NCBI GenBank assembly: GCA_028279585.1
Contig: JANQNL010000166.1
Coordinates: 27 to 64,026, forward strand
Direction: 5' to 3'
Origin: Thermoplasmatota archaeon
GTDB taxonomy: Archaea > Thermoplasmatota > Penumbrarchaeia > JANQNL01
DNA length: 64,000 bases
The notes below the pieces were generated by a model that did not search any database, was not told the origin of the DNA, and saw only the letters and a program-made list of their open reading frames with translations. Shown one piece after another: positions 37,752-46,200 of the stretch. Numbering within the stretch: position 1 is the first letter of the stretch; each line of letters starts with the position of its first letter. The translations under genes and the position numbers were made by a program.

Positions 37752-38993
37752 ATGGAATCGAACAGTACGAACGAACAGGTGGTCCAACCGGTGAGACGCC
37801 GAGGGGCAAGGAAGTCCCAGAAGGCTCTACCGCCGCAGGCCGCCCAGGAAGCACCGCCCCCAAGGCCTCCACCGATGCAAGGTGAGCAGGACGACCTGGA
37901 ATGGGACGATGGCGGCGGCGGTGATCCTGTTGGAGCTGGCACTCCGTTCACAGACGGTGCCGTGGACGACTATTTGACAGACGATATCAGGGAAGCCATG
38001 AACATGCAGGTGGACCCGCACAACATGGAAGGTGTGGTCCTGAACCTTGCAAGGGACAGCGGACTTCTGCTGGAGGAAGTAGGCAAGGCCATCATCGGAA
38101 AGGAGGACGTTCTCCTGAAGGTCTTCACATCCATCCTCTCGGACGGACACATCTTGTTCGAGGACTTCCCGGGTCTTGCGAAGACGCTGATGGCGAACTC
38201 CTTCGCAGACGCCCTGGGATGTAGGTTCAAGAGGGTGCAGTTCACCCCGGACCTTCTTCCTTCAGATATCACAGGGACCAAGGTGTATGATGAGCGGCGC
38301 GGAGAGTTCTACTTCGAGCGCGGCCCGATCTTTACCAACATCCTCCTGGCAGACGAGATAAACAGGGCTCCTCCGAAGACGCAGGCCGCCCTTCTCGAGG
38401 CGATGCAGGAGAGGCAGGTAACTGTGGCTGGTGTCACATACAAACTGCCAAGGCCATTCGTGGTGCTTGCTACCCAGAACCCCATCGAGTACGAGGGGAC
38501 CTATCCACTGCCTGAAGCGCAGCTGGACAGGTTCAGGGTCAAGCAGTCCATCGGATATCCGTCCCTGGACCACGAGGACGAGATCCTCAAGCGCAGGATA
38601 GAGAGGCAGAAGGACGACGTGGACATCAAGCGTGTCATGTCCCCAGCATCCATCATCAGGATGCAGAGGATAGTGGAGAACGTGTTCGTCGAGGATAGCT
38701 TGAGACGATACATTGTGGCTTTGGTCCAGAAGACCAGGTCCGACAATAGGGTCCTTGTGGGCTCCTCACCAAGGGGTTCTTTGTCGCTACTCAAACTCGC
38801 ACGAGCTGCAGCGGTCCTCAACAACAGGGCCTACATCATACCTGACGATATCAAGGTCTCTGCAATGGGCTGTCTTTCACACAGGCTCATCCTGAAACCT
38901 GAATACCAGATAAAGGGACTGACCAATGAAGAGGTCATCAACGACATATTAGAATCAACACCACTGGACATGGTAGAGAAGTATGTGGACTAG
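37752..38993 (+). CDS. MoxR-family AAA+ ATPase with a low-complexity N-terminal extension of about 100 aa
   Basis: ATG 37752 lies 8 nt after GAGGTG; the ORF track starts at GTG 37743. MoxR signatures are IIGKEDVLLKVFTSILSDGHILFEDFPGLAKT (Walker A variant), FKRVQFTPDLLPSDITG, ILLADEINRAPPKTQAALLEAMQERQVT and VLATQNPIEYEGTYPLPEAQLDRF. The N-terminal segment is Pro-rich and acidic. Confidence 0.9.
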   Translation: MESNSTNEQVVQPVRRRGARKSQKALPPQAAQEAPPPRPPPMQGEQDDLEWDDGGGGDPVGAGTPFTDGAVDDYLTDDIREAMNMQVDPHNMEGVVLNLARDSGLLLEEVGKAIIGKEDVLLKVFTSILSDGHILFEDFPGLAKTLMANSFADALGCRFKRVQFTPDLLPSDITGTKVYDERRGEFYFERGPIFTNILLADEINRAPPKTQAALLEAMQERQVTVAGVTYKLPRPFVVLATQNPIEYEGTYPLPEAQLDRFRVKQSIGYPSLDHEDEILKRRIERQKDDVDIKRVMSPASIIRMQRIVENVFVEDSLRRYIVALVQKTRSDNRVLVGSSPRGSLSLLKLARAAAVLNNRAYIIPDDIKVSAMGCLSHRLILKPEYQIKGLTNEEVINDILESTPLDMVEKYVD

Positions 38994-40302
38994 AAAGGGC
39001 CAGCTCTTTGTAGCGGGAGGCGCCGCACTCGTACTTGCAGGTGTTGTTCTGAACGCACCGTTCGTACTATTTGCTGGGTTCTTCCCGCTCACAGCCGTAC
39101 TCCTTGCAGCGTTGGTCCGTTTAAAGCGTGACATCGAGCGGACCTCGAAAAAGCTCTCTGCAAGGAAGAAGGCTGCAAAGTTGGGCCTGAAGTTCGAACG
39201 TGAGCTCTCACATGCCAGTGTCGTGGAGGGAGATGAGGCTGAGGTAACGTTGAAGGTCACCAACACCACAGCTTTGGTCAAGAGACTGCAGGTCAAGGAC
39301 GGGGTCGCGGACAGGCTCCGTGTGACCTCCGGTCGCAATCACAAGGCCGTCGTCCTTCCTCCCAAGGGAACTGTCGAGCTGAAGTACAAGGTATGGGCAC
39401 CTGTGAAGGGAGTGCATGACCTTGGACCTATAACCATCCGGACCTCGGACATCGCAGACATCTTCTTCGATGAGCTGACCGTGGACGAGAACTCCTCGCT
39501 GATGGTGCATCCGGGACCAGTTCCGACCAAGGGTGTAAGTGTAAAGAGCAAGGTTCCAAAGCTTTACTCTGGCTCTACGATAATCAACAGGAAGGGGCAG
39601 GGGACCGAGTTCTACAGCTTGAGAGAATACGTCGTCGGGGATAACTACAAGGACATCAACTGGACCGCTTTTGCAAAGACCAAGAGATTAATGGTCAACG
39701 AGCACACCATGGAAGCGGTGGTTGAGGTCACGATGTTCCTGGACTACAGGGCCGTTTCGAGCATTGGTCCTGTGATGAACGCTGTGGACGTTGTCTCTGC
39801 AAGAGCTGCTACCTCGATAGCTGACGCTTTCCTCAAGCGTAGGGACAGGGTCGGCATCGTGGTATACAACGACTCCATCCACCAGCTTGGCTGCGAGGGC
39901 GGGATGAAACATCAGCGCAAGATCAGGGATACAGTATCCGGACTCTCGGTTAAAGGAGACCTCGGTCTTGGCTCCGTTGTCAACACACTGATGCACACGA
40001 TCCGCAAGGGCACACCGGTCATCATCATCTCGAGCCTCGAGCAGGACCCCACGGTGCTTCAGGGCATCAAAAAGCTTCGAGCGCTGCGATGCGATGTTAC
40101 GGTTATCTCACCTACAGCGATACCAACCGAGTTGGACAAAGGAGCTCGTTCCGAGGCTGACCTCCAGAAGCTGCAGGTCATCCAGCAGGAGCGTGACGTG
40201 GCCATGGCACAGGCGACCTCGCTTGGTGCCAAGGTCGTGGACTGGGACATCAGGGTGCCTCTAGCAGAGGTCATGGTAGGAGGTGGTCCAGGTGGCCGAT
40301 GA
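38983..40302 (+). CDS. DUF58 (VWA-like) domain protein with N-terminal double TM
   Basis: Overlaps the moxR stop by 11 nt. The N-terminal hydrophobic hairpin is LFVAGGAALVLAGVVLNAPFVLFAGFFPLTAVLLAALV. The DUF58 signature is FYSLREYVVGDNYKDINWTAFAKTKRLMVNEH, followed by a VWA-like VGIVVYND segment. Confidence 0.85.
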   Translation: MWTRKGQLFVAGGAALVLAGVVLNAPFVLFAGFFPLTAVLLAALVRLKRDIERTSKKLSARKKAAKLGLKFERELSHASVVEGDEAEVTLKVTNTTALVKRLQVKDGVADRLRVTSGRNHKAVVLPPKGTVELKYKVWAPVKGVHDLGPITIRTSDIADIFFDELTVDENSSLMVHPGPVPTKGVSVKSKVPKLYSGSTIINRKGQGTEFYSLREYVVGDNYKDINWTAFAKTKRLMVNEHTMEAVVEVTMFLDYRAVSSIGPVMNAVDVVSARAATSIADAFLKRRDRVGIVVYNDSIHQLGCEGGMKHQRKIRDTVSGLSVKGDLGLGSVVNTLMHTIRKGTPVIIISSLEQDPTVLQGIKKLRALRCDVTVISPTAIPTELDKGARSEADLQKLQVIQQERDVAMAQATSLGAKVVDWDIRVPLAEVMVGGGPGGR

Positions 40303-41014
40303 GAAGAAAAAAGGCCAGATGGACGGTCTGATCACAGACGTGGTCCTTGGCATCATCGGTCTGGTCTTCTCGCTCGGACTTGCAGGAGGCTTCATGGCCT
40401 TGACGCATCTGACCGGATGGTTCGCGTTACGGTTCGCGCCCTGGACCTACATTCTTGTTGGAGCGGGACCGGTTATCTGGGGGATAGTTGCGTTCATCCC
40501 TCACATCAAGAGGGGTGTGAAGGTCGGTGACGATACTTACAGCTACAAAGAACCGCTGCATCTGTTCGCTCTTGCTGTGATTGTAGCACCATTGTTCTTT
40601 GTGGAGACCGCTGGTTCTGGGTTCTTCACTGGAAGCTTCATTTGGGTCCTGGTACGAGGGTTGCTGGTCATTGGTTACATCGCAGATTGTGCTATCCTTT
40701 TAGAGCTTGCTGCGTTGTCGGTCAACATCGCTCACAACAAGGTCCAGGATGATGGACCTGGAGGAGGAAAGGTCGGTGCGCTCGCTCCGAAATCGTTGAT
40801 CTTCTTCCTCATCTTCATGCCTCTGTTCATCTTCATCGTCTTCATCGTGATGTGCGCGTTCTGGATCGGCGAGCTCGGTTTGATGCTCGTGCTTCCAACA
40901 CCGATACCGGAAAGCCTGGAGGTCGCCACAGTGTATCCGCTTGCGATCCTGGGGGCTGCGGTGGCGTTGGTGTTCGGGCTGATCTTCCTCGCGATAAGCT
41001 GGATACGTGGTTAG
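40283..41014 (+). CDS. polytopic membrane protein, last membrane component of the MoxR/DUF58 string
   Basis: 243 aa with about 6-7 hydrophobic helices. GTG 40283 overlaps the DUF58 stop, and an alternative ATG lies at 40319. I recognise no family. Confidence 0.5.
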   Translation: MVQVADEKKKGQMDGLITDVVLGIIGLVFSLGLAGGFMALTHLTGWFALRFAPWTYILVGAGPVIWGIVAFIPHIKRGVKVGDDTYSYKEPLHLFALAVIVAPLFFVETAGSGFFTGSFIWVLVRGLLVIGYIADCAILLELAALSVNIAHNKVQDDGPGGGKVGALAPKSLIFFLIFMPLFIFIVFIVMCAFWIGELGLMLVLPTPIPESLEVATVYPLAILGAAVALVFGLIFLAISWIRG

Positions 41015-41042
41015 TTTCAAAGCGAAGGAACGCGATATCGCT

Positions 41043-41558
41043 ATGATGCATCGAAGGTTCCTTGCGGTCATTCTTCTTCTCACGATCGCTGTTGCAGCTG
41101 TGGCTTCGTCCGGATGTACTTCACTTCCACTCATCTCTGATGGAGGCTCTGGAGCGCCCCACGCTGAAATCGAGAACCAAGTGCACGACCTTATCAACCA
41201 GCATCGAAAGGACCAGGGCTTGGAGCCACTGAAGTGGTCCAAAACCATCGCGAAGGAGTCCCGTGGTCATAGTGAGAACATGGCCGATGGTAGCGTCGAG
41301 TTCTCACACGATGGGTTCAGCGACAGGGCTGCGAACATCGAGGACGAGATGGGCGGGACCGTGGTAGGGGAGAACGTTGCCATGAACTGGGGGTATGATG
41401 ATCCTGCGCAGGTTGCTGTGACGGGGTGGATAGGAAGTCCAGGGCACAAGGCGAACCTGGAGGGGGATTTTACCCATACTGGTGTGGGTGTGGCGCAGAG
41501 CGAGGATGGGCATTGGTACCTTACTCAAATATTTCTTAAAAAGGAAGAATCAGCATGA
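41043..41558 (+). CDS. CAP/SCP/PR-1-like secreted (lipo)protein
   Basis: From ATG 41043 the N-terminus is MMHRRFLAVILLLTIAVAAVASSGC, a lipobox-like Cys. CAP-domain motifs are SRGHSENMA, GENVAMNWG and GWIGSPGHKANLEGDFTHTGVG. Confidence 0.75.
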   Translation: MMHRRFLAVILLLTIAVAAVASSGCTSLPLISDGGSGAPHAEIENQVHDLINQHRKDQGLEPLKWSKTIAKESRGHSENMADGSVEFSHDGFSDRAANIEDEMGGTVVGENVAMNWGYDDPAQVAVTGWIGSPGHKANLEGDFTHTGVGVAQSEDGHWYLTQIFLKKEESA

Positions 41559-42601
41559 ACAAAGCGCCCGAGCAGGCCGAGGGGGGAGGGGCCGAGGCCA
41601 GCGGAGGGCGCAGGGGGGCGGAAGGTGGGCCGGTGGGGAATCTTCCGAATGTCCTCTCTGCATCCCGCACCAAGGACCCTATCGCCCGCAACCCTGATGT
41701 CCTCGCGTCCATCCTATGTGGCGAATCACCTGCAGCTTTTGGCCCTAGCTCCAAGTCTCGAACGGTCCACCTTGAGGACTTCGCTGTCCTTGTACTGTGG
41801 ACCAAAGATCCAACAAACCTCCTGAAGCATCCGGAACTTAACCGGGTGGTCTCGGACTTTTCAGGTCACAGCTATCTGAACCTCACGGTCACAGGTCTGG
41901 GGGGAACGTTCATGGAGCCTGGCATCCCGAAACCGGAGCAGGTCTTTGATGTCCTACGTGACATCATCGATGCAGGTATCCTTTCCCCCGAGTGGGTGCT
42001 ACTTCGATATGATCCCTTGCTCGAAGTTCGTACGCCAGGAGGAAAGGTCCTCACAAACACTGACCGTGAGCTGTTCGGGTCCATCATCAAGGAAGCTGCA
42101 TCCATCGGGATCACCCGGTGTGCCACCTCTCGCATGGACTTCCAGCGATACCCGCAGGTGGCTGAGCGACTCCGGCGGTTCGGCATTGAGCCAAAGGAAG
42201 TGGAGCTCGAGGATCTCATCACGGAAATGGATTCAGTCGCATCCCATCAGGGCATCGAGCTCTCCTGCTGTGTGGACCCGGTCATCGATGGGATCACCGA
42301 TAGGTTCGGGTGCATCGATGGAGAACTGTTCAATGAACTGATCGGTGAGGACCTTTGCGATACGTCGACCCACAGTGCCCAAAGGCATGGATGCAAGTGC
42401 ACACGCTCTGTGGACATCGGTTACTCCAAAGGATTACAGCAGTGCTTCACTGGGGGAAAAGGATGTCTCTACTGCTATTCTCAACGAGGATATCCAAAGA
42501 AGTTAGAGCATCAGGTACAGCATTTACTTTCGAAGTTTGAACAAAACCAGAATTTTTCTCCGTCTCATTCCAAGCATCGAAAAACTCTGGACGCTGCATA
42601 A
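41555..42601 (+). CDS. DUF1848-family protein (C-terminal Cys-cluster), start uncertain
   Basis: Pattern VLSASRTKD..LVLWTKDP..LRYDPLL..GCIDGEL..QRHGCKCTRSVDIGYS..CFTGGKGCLYCYS matches my memory of DUF1848 conservation. ATG 41555 overlaps the upstream stop (ATGA) but adds a 26-aa Gly-rich leader encoded by the G-rich repeat. An alternative in-frame GTG lies at 41633. Confidence 0.65.
   Translation: MNKAPEQAEGGGAEASGGRRGAEGGPVGNLPNVLSASRTKDPIARNPDVLASILCGESPAAFGPSSKSRTVHLEDFAVLVLWTKDPTNLLKHPELNRVVSDFSGHSYLNLTVTGLGGTFMEPGIPKPEQVFDVLRDIIDAGILSPEWVLLRYDPLLEVRTPGGKVLTNTDRELFGSIIKEAASIGITRCATSRMDFQRYPQVAERLRRFGIEPKEVELEDLITEMDSVASHQGIELSCCVDPVIDGITDRFGCIDGELFNELIGEDLCDTSTHSAQRHGCKCTRSVDIGYSKGLQQCFTGGKGCLYCYSQRGYPKKLEHQVQHLLSKFEQNQNFSPSHSKHRKTLDAA
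41568..41648 (+). repeat. G-run-rich element (CAP / DUF1848 gene junction)
   Basis: CCGAGCAGGCCGAGGGGGGAGGGGCCGAGGCCAGCGGAGGGCGCAGGGGGGCGGAAGGTGGGCCGGTGGGGAATCTTCC. Confidence 0.7.
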
Positions 42602-42625
42602 GGTTTCGTTGCAACCTTCTGCGCG

Positions 42626-42670
42626 CTTGGATGTTAGATTGGACCTTTTTTACCGACCTAAACATCCAAG
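42626..42670 (+). terminator. hairpin downstream of the DUF1848 gene
   Basis: CTTGGATGTT (42626-42635) pairs with AACATCCAAG (42661-42670). The loop contains a T6 run. Confidence 0.4.
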
Positions 42671-42767
42671 CCCTACCGCACCCTATCGTCTCTAACTGAA
42701 TGGGTGCTTGGGCCTTGTAGAAAGCACACGCTCTCGCTAAGTTCCTATCTACAAGAAAAAAAGGTTC

Positions 42768-42801
42768 AGGGCGGCCGGTGAAGACCGCCCTTGGTTTTGT
42801 T
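42768..42801. terminator. bidirectional hairpin terminator between convergent genes
   Basis: A7 is followed by AGGGCGG (42768-42774), a 10-nt loop, CCGCCCT (42785-42791) and then TGGTTTTGTT. T-rich runs follow the stem on both strands. Confidence 0.55.
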
Positions 42802-42810
42802 CCAGTTAAC

Positions 42811-45800
42811 TTACTGGATATATTTCTGGCAGGCGTCACACCAGTTGGCGTTGTACTCCTCGATGAACCTACCGGGCTGTCCGCAATCAGGACAGATCGG
42901 GGCTCCAGCTGCAGGAGCGGCTGCGGCTGCTGGGTCTGCGGCTGCAGGATCAGCGGCTGCGGCCTCTGGCTGAGCTGCCATGTCAGGTGCTGCTGCATCG
43001 ACAGGAGCCTCGCCCTCGGCTGGTGGGAGTTCGCCAGGCTGCTCACCCTCAGGGACCTGAGGCTGCTCGCCCATTGGTGAACCCTCGACCTGGCCCTCTG
43101 CAGGTGGGTAGGCCTCGCCACCCTCGACAGGTGGGTAAGCTTCGCCCTCTGCTGGAGGCTGGCCTTCCATGCCAGGCTGAACTTCGCCCTCTGGTCCGGC
43201 TGGACCAGCTGCGACCTCACCCTCGACTGGTGGTGCGCCCTCTGCTGGTGGCTCCTCTGCGGCTGCTGCGCCCTTCTTCTTCTTCATCATCATGACGACT
43301 ACGACTATGATGATGATGATGATGATCAGGAGCACGAGACAGACAACGCCGCCGCCGATACCGGCGAGCATCATTGTGTTGTCATCGCCGTCGCCGCCGT
43401 CGCCACCGTCGCCACCGTCTGTGCCGCCGCCAAGGTTGGCCTCGAGCTCGTCGACACCGTAGCCTTCCTCGGACCAGGCGACTGCCATGTACCACTGGTG
43501 ATACACATCAGGTGTTCCACCGTCACCGCCGTCGCCACCATCGGTGGTCGTCGGGTTGTCGTAGGTCACAGGATCGGTGGTGTAGGTATAGGACCAAGCA
43601 CCGCCGGATGGTGTGATCTCGAGCTTGGACATGGTGTCCAAGTCTGTGAAGGCGTAGTATGTGTATGCATCATCGTTGGTCTGGGAGCCGAAGTAGATGT
43701 AGATGACGGTCACATCGCTGCCACAGGTTCCCTCGAAGGTGTAGACCGTGGTTGCGGTGGATGTTCCATCGCCGTTGTCAACTGCAGTAGTGATGATATC
43801 ACACTTGTCGAAGGTGACTGCAACGGTGGATGCATAGTCATCCTGGGTCTCGATGTCGGCATCGCCGACGCCAAGTGCCCACCATGTTGGCTCTGGGGTA
43901 GATGGGCCAGTCTCGATGGTGGCCTCGAGCTCGTCGTAGTTGAATGCACCGGTATCGTCCCAAGCGACAGCTGCATACCAAGTGGTATACGTGGTACCGT
44001 CGCCACCGTCGCCTCCATCGCCACCATCGGTTGGTGGGGTGTAGTCGAAGGTGTAGGTGTAGGTGTAGTTCCAGGCGGTGACACCATCGAGCTCGATCAC
44101 GATGTGCTCCATCGGGGTCAGGCTCATGTCGTATGCCTTGTAGTAGGTATAGTCGGTGTCGTTGATCTGGGTGGCTACATACAGGTGGACCTCTGTAACA
44201 GTGTCAGAGCAGGTTCCAGCGAAGTTGTAGACTGTGGAACCGGAGGTTCCCTCGATGGTGGTTGCGGACTTGGCCTCATCGATGGTGACATCGATAAGGG
44301 TGTCGATCCAGAGATCATCGTCGAAGTCTGCAGGCATTGCACCGAGGTCCCAGGTCCTTGGTCCACCAGGAACGCCATCGATAGAGACGTTCATGGTGAC
44401 CCACTCGCCCATGGCTCCGTTGGAGTCCTTGAGGGACAGGTTCACGGTATAGTTCATGTCATCCTTTATCAGATCATAGGTGTGGTTTGCACCGGTGGTC
44501 ATATTGGTCTCGAAGACCGCAGAGCCATCGCCCCAATCCCACATGTATGTGACCTCATCGCCCTCTGGGTCCTCTGCACCGTTAGGGGTGAAGGTGATGT
44601 GGTTAGGGTCGAAGAAGTCTGCGAGGGTCATGAAGCCAGCGGAGAACGAGAACACAGGTCCGTCGTTGACTGGGCCAACATCGACCATCACGTGGGTGAA
44701 GGTGCCCTCATCGCCGTTGGTGGAGGATGCGTCCTTCACCTCGACGGTGAAGTTCATGACACCATTGGCGTCTGCGTCAGGTGTGAAGGTGTACCACCAT
44801 GGCATCGTTGCGTTCGCCTCGACGGTGAACGGAGCCATGCTGTCGTCCTTGCTGACGGTGAAGGTCAGGTTCTCAAGGTCTGTATCAACATCTGTTGCGT
44901 TGATCTCGAACATGAAGCCCATGTCCTCATCGGTGGTCAGGTTGACGATAGGCTCAATGGCTGCTGCGCCGCCATACCAGGTCTCGTTCATCATCTCTGG
45001 CATCTTGTCGGTGTCATCGACGATGAGCTTGACGAACATTGGCTTGTCGTCAACAGCTGCTATCTGAACGGTGATGTTGAACTCAATGGAGAGGCTTCCG
45101 TCGGTGGCGTTGATGGTAACATCCTCGTCGCCGGACATGTCGGCCTTACCAGTGATCTCGAGCCACTCGGTGGCGTTGATCGAAGCATCGAAGAGCGTAG
45201 GTGTCCCGATGATGGTGAACGTAAGATCGTCCATGTTCGGGTCTGTGACCAGAGCGTTGAGGTCCACTGCGGTCATTGCCTCCTCGTCGATGGCAACTGG
45301 ATTGTTGGTTCCAAGCACTGGGGCCGCGTTCGGGTCCATGATGCTGAAGTCAACGGTGTAGTTGCCACCAGCGGTGGCCTGCTCATCGTAGCCAGGGACA
45401 CCAGCGGTGACGTTCCTTCCAGTAATCAGAAGGTAGTAGACACCAGTGGTGGCTGCTGTGTAGCTGATCGAGGATCCGGTGGAACCATTGACCCACATTG
45501 CATCTTCTATCATGCTGGTGTTGTCAGCAGCACTGTAGAGGTATGCTCCGACGAAGTCAGTGCCAGCCGTGGTGTAGGCAACATCGATGTCGATGAGCTG
45601 ACCAGCAGTGACGTTGAACTTCCAAAAGTCAAGGGTGTCCAGCCAAGGATCGATGAAGTCTGTGTTAGAGTCCATGTCCTCTGCCCACTTGGCGGAGGCG
45701 AAGGTCTCTGTTCCATCAACCTCTGGCTTCTCCTCGTAGAATGGCACTGCGCTCACGTTGTAACCGACCTCGAGATCGACTGCATCACCAGAGATGACAA

Positions 45801-46200
45801 GATAGAAATCTCCATTGTCTGGTGTGTAGAAGCTCGCCATGCCGGCATCGTCGGCGCTGAAGCCATATCCCCACATCAGGATACCATCGGAGGTAAGTAC
45901 CTCAAAATGACCTGGTCCCATTGTGGTTATTGTCCAGTTGAACGTGACGTTCTGGTTCGCCGCGAGCGGGAACTTGAGGATATCCAACATATCCCCACTT
46001 CCGGGCGCCTGAACGCTCCCATTTGAGTAATCGTCTACAAAGTTATACACGTTGTTTGTATCTGCTTCGGCCATCGTATCATTTGGATTTCCCTCATTGA
46101 CGACAGCTGTTGCTGCTGGTATAAGCAGAGCAACGGCGCCGAAAACAAGACAAAAGACAAAGAATAGCGTGGCCAATCTCCTGTGCAGGTTCCCTTCCAT
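42811..46200 (-). CDS. large surface protein: PPC-like, cadherin-like and PKD modules, two copies of an unrecognised membrane-proximal domain, TM, Pro/Glu/Ala-rich tail and terminal zinc ribbon
   Basis: ATG 46200 has GAGGTGA 8 nt upstream; the ORF track starts at 46227. The signal is LATLFFVFCLVFGAVALLIPAATA. Motifs include LDFWKFNVTAGQLIDIDV (PPC-like), VDDKPMF/VNDGPVF (cadherin-like junctions) and YMWDWGDGS (PKD). The TM is VVCLVLLIIIIIIIVVVVMMM followed by KKKK. The protein ends CPDCGQPGRFIEEYNANWCDACQKYIQ. Confidence 0.8.
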   Translation of the reverse strand: MEGNLHRRLATLFFVFCLVFGAVALLIPAATAVVNEGNPNDTMAEADTNNVYNFVDDYSNGSVQAPGSGDMLDILKFPLAANQNVTFNWTITTMGPGHFEVLTSDGILMWGYGFSADDAGMASFYTPDNGDFYLVISGDAVDLEVGYNVSAVPFYEEKPEVDGTETFASAKWAEDMDSNTDFIDPWLDTLDFWKFNVTAGQLIDIDVAYTTAGTDFVGAYLYSAADNTSMIEDAMWVNGSTGSSISYTAATTGVYYLLITGRNVTAGVPGYDEQATAGGNYTVDFSIMDPNAAPVLGTNNPVAIDEEAMTAVDLNALVTDPNMDDLTFTIIGTPTLFDASINATEWLEITGKADMSGDEDVTINATDGSLSIEFNITVQIAAVDDKPMFVKLIVDDTDKMPEMMNETWYGGAAAIEPIVNLTTDEDMGFMFEINATDVDTDLENLTFTVSKDDSMAPFTVEANATMPWWYTFTPDADANGVMNFTVEVKDASSTNGDEGTFTHVMVDVGPVNDGPVFSFSAGFMTLADFFDPNHITFTPNGAEDPEGDEVTYMWDWGDGSAVFETNMTTGANHTYDLIKDDMNYTVNLSLKDSNGAMGEWVTMNVSIDGVPGGPRTWDLGAMPADFDDDLWIDTLIDVTIDEAKSATTIEGTSGSTVYNFAGTCSDTVTEVHLYVATQINDTDYTYYKAYDMSLTPMEHIVIELDGVTAWNYTYTYTFDYTPPTDGGDGGDGGDGTTYTTWYAAVAWDDTGAFNYDELEATIETGPSTPEPTWWALGVGDADIETQDDYASTVAVTFDKCDIITTAVDNGDGTSTATTVYTFEGTCGSDVTVIYIYFGSQTNDDAYTYYAFTDLDTMSKLEITPSGGAWSYTYTTDPVTYDNPTTTDGGDGGDGGTPDVYHQWYMAVAWSEEGYGVDELEANLGGGTDGGDGGDGGDGDDNTMMLAGIGGGVVCLVLLIIIIIIIVVVVMMMKKKKGAAAAEEPPAEGAPPVEGEVAAGPAGPEGEVQPGMEGQPPAEGEAYPPVEGGEAYPPAEGQVEGSPMGEQPQVPEGEQPGELPPAEGEAPVDAAAPDMAAQPEAAAADPAAADPAAAAAPAAGAPICPDCGQPGRFIEEYNANWCDACQKYIQ

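Noticed and set aside
43498-46026. An 842-aa plus-strand ORF, one of the longest in the track
   Set aside because: It lies entirely antisense to the 42811..46200 surface-protein gene. Its product is monotonous V/G/D/H-rich sequence with no recognisable motif, signal or RBS. The minus strand encodes PKD, cadherin-like and PPC-like signatures. This is a typical shadow ORF in GC-rich, stop-poor DNA.
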